Shown piece by piece: positions 1-7,721 of a stretch of DNA of 64,000 bases. The stretch covers positions 1,632,001 through 1,696,000 of the forward strand of contig CAWETU010000001.1 in NCBI GenBank assembly GCA_963812135.1, written 5' to 3'. Under the pieces are notes generated by a model, which did no database searches, was not told where the DNA came from, and saw only the letters and a program-made list of their open reading frames with translations. Within the stretch, counting starts at the first letter, position 1, and each line of letters starts with the position of its first letter. The position numbers and the translations under genes are program-made. The DNA is from Vulcanimicrobiota bacterium. GTDB taxonomy: Bacteria; Vulcanimicrobiota; Vulcanimicrobiia; Eremiobacterales; Eremiobacteraceae.

Positions 1-135
1 GCTCACGAAAAGCGATACTAGAGCATAAACGCAACCGGTCACCGGAATGTTTCGCGGTGGAGATAGGCCGTTCCCAGACCCCCTTGCCAGGCGATTCTGA
101 GGCTGCACCGAAATCTCGATTGCCCGCGACACGAT

Positions 136-208
136 GGGGGATTAGCTCAGTTGGTAGAGCGCGTGCTTTGCAAGCATGAGGTCAGCGGTTCGAGCCCGCT
201 ATCCTCCA
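136..208 (+). tRNA. tRNA-Ala (TGC)
   Basis: Cloverleaf: acceptor GGGGGAT/ATCCTCC with G3:U70 pair, D arm TAGCTCAGTTGGTAGAGC, anticodon loop TT-TGC-AA, T loop GGTTCGAGCCC. CCA not encoded. Confidence 0.97.
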
Positions 209-243
209 AAGAAAGAACCCGCGATCCGTGATGGGAGGGATCG

Positions 244-1020
244 ATGACGTCGCGTTCGCTTGTGATCGCCGGTACAGCTGCGTGCCTGGCAGTGTTCCTC
301 TCTCACGCGACACCGGTTCGCGCGGATACTAGCCAGCCGCTCACCATCTGGTGCAACCCGCCGTTGAGCCACGACGCCGGCCCGCCCGAGGTCGTCGCTC
401 ATGAAAGGGCGGAAGACAGCCTATGCCATGGCCAGTTCGCGCAGGCCCGCGACACATTCGCGTCGATCGTGCCCTATTGGATCAAGAATCAGAATAACGG
501 ACGCTGGTGGCTCGATACGGCGCGCGGCTACTTCTATGCGCTCGTCGCGTCGGGCGACGATCAAAAAGCGCGGAATTTCCTGACAAGCATCGAGAACCCG
601 CCGCCGGCGTGGGTCGCAGCCCCGGGAGATCGCCTTTTTTGGGCCGGCGACGTACGCGGTGCATTCGCGGCGTACGCGGCGGCCGCGAACGCGGAGTTGG
701 CCCGGCTCCCCGACGACGGAACCGATAAGGTCTTAGAGAACGCGGCGCACGCCAGCGGTGATATAAACGCAGCCATCGCGATCCTTCAGGGACCATCCGG
801 ACAATCCGGTCCGAGCGACGTCGGCAGCCTCCAGCTGCTCATGCTGGGCGAGGCGTACGAAACGCAGCGGCGCTGGCCAGATGCATTCGCCGCGTGGGTG
901 CGCGCCGCGAACAACGGTCACGCAGTGCCTGAGTACGACTTTTTCGATCAATGGAATCTGTCGGCGTTGGAGATGATCTACTACTATCGCACTCACATCC
1001 CCGGCGATCAGCGAAGCTAG
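244..1020 (+). CDS. Secreted helical-repeat (TPR-like) hypothetical protein
   Basis: 258-aa ORF with GGGAGG RBS, N-terminal signal peptide and TPR-like segments (e.g. LGEAYETQRRWPDAFAAW). Confidence 0.65.
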   Translation: MTSRSLVIAGTAACLAVFLSHATPVRADTSQPLTIWCNPPLSHDAGPPEVVAHERAEDSLCHGQFAQARDTFASIVPYWIKNQNNGRWWLDTARGYFYALVASGDDQKARNFLTSIENPPPAWVAAPGDRLFWAGDVRGAFAAYAAAANAELARLPDDGTDKVLENAAHASGDINAAIAILQGPSGQSGPSDVGSLQLLMLGEAYETQRRWPDAFAAWVRAANNGHAVPEYDFFDQWNLSALEMIYYYRTHIPGDQRS

Positions 1021-1025
1021 TCCAT

Positions 1026-2192
1026 TCAGTGCGGTTTGACGATCGTGGTTGTTGGAGGCGGCGGCGGTCCGACTCCCACCGGATCGGAGCACACATACCC
1101 GGCAAGGAATCCGCCGCACACCCGGTACTCGAGGTGAGCGTCTGGGTTGCTCGGCGCATTCGCGATGTCGGAATATCCCGTTTTGGGTTTTAGAATCTGC
1201 GATCCGACCTTCATCCACGGGCCTAAGTTGACGGTGTTCTTCACCACATCATCTGTGATCAAGCGGCGCTCCACCTGGTGATAGTCGTTGTAGTCCGAGC
1301 TCCATTGCACGACGACAACGCTCGGACTCGCGCGATACGCCGATACTCCGCTCGGTTTGATCGGCCCGGGCATTGGGGCAGGTGGAGGCGCGTCGGTCCT
1401 CGCCTGAATCGAACCCCAGTTGCCAACCTTGTGATCCTTGGTGAACTGAACGACGCTGATCGTATACGAGGTCGCGGGCGACAAACCGTCGAGCGTCACT
1501 GAATTTCCAGCGTTGGGAGCATGGGGCATCAGAGGTGTCGAGTTCGTCGTGGTGTTGAGCTTGGCTGGCCCCCAGAGGATCTGATCCTGGTAGAGGTCTG
1601 TGCGCGGCCCGCTGGTCCATATCACTTCCAAGGAATGCCATGTGGTCTTCCCGATTCGGATATTCAGCGGGCTGCTTGGCTGGCCACTAACAGGCGGCGG
1701 TGGGGGCGGCGGCGCCGCTGCTGTCACGTACGCGCGTATCACGCATTCCCACGCCGGGTCCGAATTGTTCGGGTGCGACGCTGGGTCGGCGGGATGGGAG
1801 CCCCCGTTCTCATCTGAATACGCTGTCCAATACATGCAAATGGTGTACGTGTAGGTTGTCTTGGAAGCGAGCCCCGTATCAGTGAATGTGTTTGGAGAGT
1901 TGGGGTTCGTCGACTGGTAGACGAGTTTTGTGCCACGCCATATCCCGACGCCGTCTGGGAGCGTGTACGTCCCCGAATAAATCGCCCACCCAAGCTTGAT
2001 CGATGTCGGCGTCGTGGCGGCTGCGCCTACGTCCGGCGGGGAAAGACATGTTTGAAAATCGGCGACGTAGGTCGGATCGCAATTCAAAGCCCGCGCTTGC
2101 GGAGCGCAAACGATGAGGATCGCGGCGACGATTGGGACGCATCGAATCGCGAGGGTACTCAGTCTGAGCGCGAAAGCAAGCACAGGATACAC
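1026..2192 (-). CDS. Secreted fibronectin type III domain protein with proline-rich linkers
   Basis: AAGGAG RBS before the GTG start, signal peptide, FN3 signatures (FTDTGLASKTTYTYTI; LDGLSPATSYTISV) and poly-Pro linkers. Confidence 0.8.
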   Translation of the reverse strand: MYPVLAFALRLSTLAIRCVPIVAAILIVCAPQARALNCDPTYVADFQTCLSPPDVGAAATTPTSIKLGWAIYSGTYTLPDGVGIWRGTKLVYQSTNPNSPNTFTDTGLASKTTYTYTICMYWTAYSDENGGSHPADPASHPNNSDPAWECVIRAYVTAAAPPPPPPPVSGQPSSPLNIRIGKTTWHSLEVIWTSGPRTDLYQDQILWGPAKLNTTTNSTPLMPHAPNAGNSVTLDGLSPATSYTISVVQFTKDHKVGNWGSIQARTDAPPPAPMPGPIKPSGVSAYRASPSVVVVQWSSDYNDYHQVERRLITDDVVKNTVNLGPWMKVGSQILKPKTGYSDIANAPSNPDAHLEYRVCGGFLAGYVCSDPVGVGPPPPPTTTIVKPH

Positions 2193-2406
2193 TCCTTATA
2201 AGCTTTTAGCCGCTACGGAGATGCCTATGGACAGCTCTCTTGATAACGCAAGAGGGCACTAGAAAGTGCCGCCAGCTCCCGCGCAAGGTTTGCCCTGATC
2301 GTAACGTCTGGATGTCATGCCCTTCGCCAACTTCCGACAACCTAAAGAAGGCCCTGCGCTGGTGCGATAAAGGGTCCTCCCGCAACATCTAAGTCATAGG
2401 AAGCCT

Positions 2407-2435
2407 CATCCAACCGCATTACTGTTTCGTAATGC
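2407..2435 (+). promoter_or_regulatory. Possible ECF-sigma promoter (CATCC-N16-CGTA) overlapping the inverted repeat GCATTAC-N6-GTAATGC
   Basis: Motif read directly about 40 nt upstream of the 2475 start; resembles SigK/ECF18-19-type promoters. Confidence 0.35.
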
Positions 2436-2474
2436 AGGTGGACTATTTTCCCACCCCGTCCCGCTACAAGGAGT

Positions 2475-3143
2475 TTGAAGGGTATGATCGCTTTCAGGTT
2501 TATCGCTGCGCTCGGCGCGATTGCCGTCCTCGGCATCGGTTCCATCGCGCTCGCCGACAGCATGTCGACGTCCGGCGCCGACGCCGGCAAAGACACGATG
2601 ATGAACGGCGCGATGCACGGCCGTTTCGGCGGACCCGTGTACACCGGCGCGCCGGCGCTCGACGTCACCGCTGCACTCGTCGCCGCCGGCGGCGGAGCCG
2701 CGAATTATTCGACCGCGACCGCGCTCACCAGCATGCTCGGCAAGCCCACCGTCGACGCTGAAGTCGCCAAGCTGACGAAGCAGTACGGCGCCGCCAATGT
2801 CGGCCTGTGGCTCAAGACGTTCGACTTCGCAGTGGATGACTCGCTCAAGATCGCCACGGCGGCGGGCATCAAGCTACCGGCACCGGCACCGCTCACCGGC
2901 AAGGCGCTTGCCGAAGGGCTCGTCAAGGCTGGCGTCGACGGCACCGGTACCTTCCAGATCGAGTTGTTGCTCGACAAGGCCGTGTCGCATAAGATCCACG
3001 TCCAAGTCATGAACGACATCGACAAGGCGCCGGGTCTCGGCAAAAATGCTGACCTCGTGTACCATCAGATCTCGAACCAGGCGTTCTACGATGTCGCGCA
3101 GGCGCTCAACATGAAGGACGTCAAGCTCGCACCGCTCCACTAA
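2475..3143 (+). CDS. Secreted hypothetical protein with His-containing C-terminal domain
   Basis: AAGGAG RBS, signal peptide, native codon usage, ends SHKIHVQVM...YHQISNQAFYD...LAPLH. Confidence 0.8.
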   Translation: MKGMIAFRFIAALGAIAVLGIGSIALADSMSTSGADAGKDTMMNGAMHGRFGGPVYTGAPALDVTAALVAAGGGAANYSTATALTSMLGKPTVDAEVAKLTKQYGAANVGLWLKTFDFAVDDSLKIATAAGIKLPAPAPLTGKALAEGLVKAGVDGTGTFQIELLLDKAVSHKIHVQVMNDIDKAPGLGKNADLVYHQISNQAFYDVAQALNMKDVKLAPLH

Positions 3144-3163
3144 GATCGGGATCGACCAAGGCG

Positions 3164-3197
3164 GAAGAGGACGGCCAAGGCCGGCCTCTTCTTCTTT
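3164..3197 (+). terminator. Intrinsic terminator between convergent genes
   Basis: GAAGAGG...CCTCTTC stem with an inner CGGC/GCCG stem, followed by TTCTTT. Confidence 0.6.
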
Positions 3198-4761
3198 ATG
3201 ATGTGGTCGGCTTCGCTTCGGCGGCCTGCTTGGCGAGCGCAGCCCGATACTCGTCGAGCATTTCGAGCTCGCCTGCATTCGCAAGGGTGTCCTCCTGCAG
3301 CTTCACCCAGTCACGCGGCACGCTGCCGAAGACCGGGCGCTTGTTGCGTGTCCGGTAGATCGCATAGAACGCGATTCCGCAGAGCACCCAAGTCGGGCCG
3401 GCGATGCGACCGATCGGGTGCGTTATGAGCGTGAAGATGAGGATCGCAAAAATCCCAGCAAGCCCCAGCAGCGAGAGCAGCGAGACATCGCCTTTGTGGC
3501 CGGCGACCGTGACCGGCACGTTCAGTGGCATGCGGAAGCGGCGTGGCGCGAGGGGGTCAGTGAACCGCAGCGTGATCAACGCGACGAAGACAAGCGTGTA
3601 CGACAACGCGGCGCCAAATGCGTAAAGGTCGAGCAAGAAATTGATCGCGTCATCACCTTGCCGATAGGCCGCCAATAGCTCGATCAGCGCCACGCCTGCG
3701 AAGATCAAGATCGTGATCACCGGCGTCTTGGTCTTGCGATTCGTCCGCTGGAAGATCGAGGGCAGCAGCTGGAACTTGCCCATGGAATAGGCGATGCGCG
3801 ATGCGCCGAACACACCGGAGTTGCTGGAGATCATCAAGAGCAACGCGCCGATGACCGGAACGATGTAGGCAAGCGCGCCGCCCACGTACGGCAAGGTCGC
3901 CGCGAGCAATGCGATCGCCTTGTCGTTGTTCTGGCTGTTCCCCAAGAACGCGTACATCGGGATCTCTTTACCGCTTGCGTCCGTGATGCCATGCATGCCC
4001 AGCACGAGGTTCGAATATGCGAGTGCGAAGATCAGGATGGTGAGAATGAGCGCGACGGAGGTTCGGGGCATGACCTTCGACGGTTGCTGCGTCTCCTCGG
4101 CCGCCTGCGAGATGCTCTCCAGCCCGACGAACGAGACGATGGCGAACGACACGCCTTTGAGGAGATTGTCCGAGGACGGCCAGTGTTGCTGCATCGTGTG
4201 CACGAGCAGGCCGGGGTCCCACGCGAACAGGAAACCGCACGCGAGGATGAAGGTCTCGGTGCACACGTCGACGGCCGCGACGATCTCGTTGATGCGCGAG
4301 GATTGGCGCACGCCGATCACGTTGATGATCGTCAGAAAACCGGCGACGGCCAGCACGCAGGCGAAATACCAGATGTGATGGTCGGGCTCGGCAAGCCACG
4401 GGATCAGTTTGGGCGAGCTCACGTAGCCGACGGTGAACCAGGCGAAGAGGCTGATGTCGATGGTGAAGTCAAGCAGCACGGCCCAACCGGCTATGAAACC
4501 CATAAAATCGCCGAGCGCGCGCGTCACGAAGAACTGGCCGCCACCCGCGATCGGATATGCGGCCGCCAACTCGGTATAGGCGAGTCCGATGCAGACGTAC
4601 ACGATGCCGGCGAAACCGAACGCGAGGTTGGACGCGCCCGCCGCGATGCCGACTACCGCGCCGAGCGCGACGTAGATGTCGGCGCCGACGTCGGCATAAC
4701 CCCAGGCGTAAGAGCCCCAGGTCGTCACCGCGCGGCGAAGGTCGCTCCCGGTCTTAGCCAA
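3196..4761 (-). CDS. APC-family amino acid permease
   Basis: 521 aa with about 12 hydrophobic segments and motifs YTELAAAYPIAGGG, FVGLESISQAAEE and SRIAYSM. Confidence 0.9.
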   Translation of the reverse strand: MAKTGSDLRRAVTTWGSYAWGYADVGADIYVALGAVVGIAAGASNLAFGFAGIVYVCIGLAYTELAAAYPIAGGGQFFVTRALGDFMGFIAGWAVLLDFTIDISLFAWFTVGYVSSPKLIPWLAEPDHHIWYFACVLAVAGFLTIINVIGVRQSSRINEIVAAVDVCTETFILACGFLFAWDPGLLVHTMQQHWPSSDNLLKGVSFAIVSFVGLESISQAAEETQQPSKVMPRTSVALILTILIFALAYSNLVLGMHGITDASGKEIPMYAFLGNSQNNDKAIALLAATLPYVGGALAYIVPVIGALLLMISSNSGVFGASRIAYSMGKFQLLPSIFQRTNRKTKTPVITILIFAGVALIELLAAYRQGDDAINFLLDLYAFGAALSYTLVFVALITLRFTDPLAPRRFRMPLNVPVTVAGHKGDVSLLSLLGLAGIFAILIFTLITHPIGRIAGPTWVLCGIAFYAIYRTRNKRPVFGSVPRDWVKLQEDTLANAGELEMLDEYRAALAKQAAEAKPTTS

Positions 4762-4838
4762 TCTCGCTGCCCCCTCCGGCGCCCGCGCTTTGGGGCGGTT
4801 CGTGGGATTTCCCGCCCGGGCAGCCGAAGATTTGGGAC

Positions 4839-5291
4839 ATGAATCGGACTAACGCCGCTGTGTGCGTCATGGCTTGCCTGTTGCTCGCTTCCGGTTGTGC
4901 GAAGAAGGAAACGACTGCGGCACCCGGCGCGTCGCCGTCGGCATCCCCAGCGCCGCTCCCCTTCAATAAAGCTGTCGATATCGCGTTCAACGACGTCGCC
5001 GTGACAACGGCGGGCGCACCACTGCTCCGCCTCGGCTTCACCGTCCACGATACCTCGAAAGATCCGGTCCAATGCGATCCGTCGGAGTTCGCGATCACAC
5101 TATCGGATGGAACGGTTATCCAAGCGGACCAGTCGGCCGAGAACAAGTGCACGCCGGACGCACTGGATCCGGGCGCGACCGCCAACGCGGTCATGTTCTT
5201 CGTCCTGAAATCCGGATACACTGGGCCGATCACGCTCTCGATGACCGGCAACGATGCGATTGTGGGGAAAGCCGAGACCACGGTCAAGTAA
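4839..5291 (+). CDS. Lipoprotein with an Ig-like (DUF4352-like) domain
   Basis: Lipobox LASGC, Ala/Pro linker, beta-rich domain with LDPGATANAVMFF. Confidence 0.7.
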   Translation: MNRTNAAVCVMACLLLASGCAKKETTAAPGASPSASPAPLPFNKAVDIAFNDVAVTTAGAPLLRLGFTVHDTSKDPVQCDPSEFAITLSDGTVIQADQSAENKCTPDALDPGATANAVMFFVLKSGYTGPITLSMTGNDAIVGKAETTVK

Positions 5292-5337
5292 GACAGGGAC
5301 GCGTATGGGCGCTGCTTGAAATACAAGCCGCCCGTTC

Positions 5338-5410
<73 letters not shown>

Positions 5411-5545
5411 AAAGAAAAAACGCGAAAAAACCGCACTCTCTAAGGACTTGCGGGTCTTAAGGTTGGGCATTCTGTCCCGAGGACCTTCGCTTCCCCGCGC
5501 GTAGCGTGGATGCAGGGGACTGGCTGTCTTATGGGATGAGCCTGG

Positions 5546-6217
5546 ATGCCTGATGAGAACGGGCGCGGGGAGCCGCAGGTCCAGTGGCGGGAGGTCATCG
5601 GACTGCTGTTCGCCGTCCTTTGCGGTCTCTTGCTCGGACTCGCGGCAGCACCAGCACTTCTACCGAAGCTCGGCTTCGCCATGCTAGATGTCACGTCGGT
5701 CCCACAGGTCCACCGGCATAACACCCGGTGGCACCACACTCCCCAGGTCACGCACGCGGTCGGCACCGGTGCGCATCAATTGCACGTTGCTAGCGATCAA
5801 TCGGCTGCCTCCCGACTACTCGCTGTTCGCCGACTCGCCGTCGATACTGGGTCGCCGGCGCTGTTTCTCACATTCCAAACCCTCTCGCTCGGCGGGCTTG
5901 CCCTGCTCGCTCTCATCGGCATGGTGTGGCTGCGGCGCGATATGTTCACGGTGCTCCTCTGCCGGTGGGCGAAAGATCCTCGCCAATGGCGCAGCCCTGC
6001 GGCGCCGGCTCTTACCAACGCCAGGTGCGTTTTGCATCTCGAAGGCAACGCTTATCAGCTGGGCGCCGAGTTCTTCACTCAGGCCGTTGAAGTGCGATTC
6101 TCCCCATTATTCGTGCGCATCAACGCGCGGGGTTCTGACCGCGTCATCATTCTGCCGCGCCGCATGCCGCGTCTCGCCCCAGCCCGCTCATCGACGCGTC
6201 GAGTCGCGGCCAACTGA
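5546..6217 (+). CDS. Hypothetical membrane protein (two TM segments, His-rich linker)
   Basis: 223-aa ORF with two hydrophobic stretches. No family recognised; start uncertain. Confidence 0.5.
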   Translation: MPDENGRGEPQVQWREVIGLLFAVLCGLLLGLAAAPALLPKLGFAMLDVTSVPQVHRHNTRWHHTPQVTHAVGTGAHQLHVASDQSAASRLLAVRRLAVDTGSPALFLTFQTLSLGGLALLALIGMVWLRRDMFTVLLCRWAKDPRQWRSPAAPALTNARCVLHLEGNAYQLGAEFFTQAVEVRFSPLFVRINARGSDRVIILPRRMPRLAPARSSTRRVAAN

Positions 6218-6249
6218 GCAGCTTTAGTCAACCTTAGTCGTCATCTGGG

Positions 6250-6636
6250 TCAGCTTACGTATCTGAGCAGCACCTCGCCGCCGCGTGCGAGCTGCAGCAG
6301 ATCGAAGTCGTTGCGGATCTCAAGTTCCGTCGTCGTCACTTCGATGATGTTGGGCGCTTGCTTGTGCCCCGTCACCTTCTCGCCGATTTCGCTGAGCTTG
6401 CGGACGCCGATGAACTCGTACGCGGCCGGCTTGTCGTCGATGACGAGATCTTTCGAATCCTCGGCGGCCTCGCGCGTGCCGAATTCCGTCGCCTTGTTGA
6501 TCGCATCGTCGGGATCGGCGGCGTCGACCAAAATGACGTCCTCCCAAGCCTGGTGCGGCCGAGCAGGGTCCTCGTCAGCGTCGCCTTCCTCGCGCTTGGC
6601 GCGTAATGTCGTGATAAGGTGAGCGGCATACCACAT
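6250..6636 (-). CDS. DUF4288-like protein
   Basis: MWYAAH...WEDVILVDAADPDDAINKA...YEFIGVRKL pattern typical of DUF4288. Confidence 0.7.
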   Translation of the reverse strand: MWYAAHLITTLRAKREEGDADEDPARPHQAWEDVILVDAADPDDAINKATEFGTREAAEDSKDLVIDDKPAAYEFIGVRKLSEIGEKVTGHKQAPNIIEVTTTELEIRNDFDLLQLARGGEVLLRYVS

Positions 6637-6690
6637 GAGCTAAATATTCATCCCCCTGAAGCACCCTCGGCGGCGTGGTCTACTTCGGGT

Positions 6691-7209
6691 TCAAGGCGTG
6701 GTGTTCTCGATCGCGTAGCGCACGCCATCGACACCATCGGGCGATGGCAGGTCCGCTTCGAACACCATCCCGCACTTTTCCATCACATGACGCGACGCCA
6801 CGTTTGCAGCTTGCGCGATGCCGATGATGCGTCGCAACCCGACCTGCTCGAGTCCGGTGTCGAGCGAGACACGCGTTATCTCGGTTGCAAAGCCGTGACC
6901 CCAGTACGCGGGCTTCAATGCATACCCGACTTCGACTTCGCCTGCCTCCCGCGGCGAGCGGAAGATGCCCCCATGTCCGACGATCGTGCCCGCGTCATCG
7001 CGGAAAATCCAAAAGCCGAAACCGGCGTCATGCCATCCTTGCATCCAACGAGCATGGCGTTCGCGCGACTCCTGCTCCGATGAGACCTTTCCAAAGAGCC
7101 AACGCTGGATCCGGATGTCGCTATCGGTTTCGATGACGTATTCGACATCGTCGTCTTGGACGCGGCGGCCCGTCAGGCGCTGGGTCTTCACCGTCGACGG
7201 CGCCTTCAT
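6691..7209 (-). CDS. GNAT acetyltransferase, RimJ/RimL family
   Basis: TQRLTGR, EVEVGYALKPAYWGHGFATE and NVASRHVMEKCGM motifs. Confidence 0.9.
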   Translation of the reverse strand: MKAPSTVKTQRLTGRRVQDDDVEYVIETDSDIRIQRWLFGKVSSEQESRERHARWMQGWHDAGFGFWIFRDDAGTIVGHGGIFRSPREAGEVEVGYALKPAYWGHGFATEITRVSLDTGLEQVGLRRIIGIAQAANVASRHVMEKCGMVFEADLPSPDGVDGVRYAIENTTP

Positions 7210-7231
7210 TCACGAACCGATCGTTATGGCG

Positions 7232-7660
7232 TTAATATGAAGGCGAAGCCGGAGGTGCCTCACTCGCCGATGATGCTGGTGCATTTCCGCCGGCATCGGT
7301 CACGACGATCTGGCCCTTCATGAAGGGCGCATCTGATGCGAAGATCGGGTACTTGCCGGGCTTCGTCAACGTGATGATGTACACGACGCCACGGGGGAGG
7401 TTGCGCGACGCAAACGCCCCGGTCGTGGAGGCGACCACGTGCGATTGCGATACATCGTCGTTGCGGATCCCGATTTCTGTGCCGGCTTTGACCGTCACGC
7501 TCGATGGCACAAAACCGTAATTGTAGATGATGATCATGACGGGCGGTAACGAGACGGATGGCGTCGGCGGCACATCCGCCGCGGCGACTCCGAGGTTGGC
7601 GACGATCGCCGCTCCGAGCACACCGGCGAGAAGCAGCCAAGCGGGCAGTCTCTTCATCAT
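7232..7660 (-). CDS. Secreted cupredoxin-fold protein with degenerate copper site
   Basis: Signal peptide, FVPSSVTVKAGT, NDD..SH and KPGKY...PFMKGQIVV; Cys and second His ligands absent. Confidence 0.75.
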   Translation of the reverse strand: MMKRLPAWLLLAGVLGAAIVANLGVAAADVPPTPSVSLPPVMIIIYNYGFVPSSVTVKAGTEIGIRNDDVSQSHVVASTTGAFASRNLPRGVVYIITLTKPGKYPIFASDAPFMKGQIVVTDAGGNAPASSASEAPPASPSY

Positions 7661-7721
7661 CCCGCCTTCTTATGAGTTCGAGGCGGCGCGTCCTCGCGAA
7701 CGCGCCGCTTGACCGCTTCCG

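Noticed and set aside
5540..5600. Hammerhead ribozyme suggested by CTGATGAG
   Set aside because: No GAAA core partner or stem II follows.
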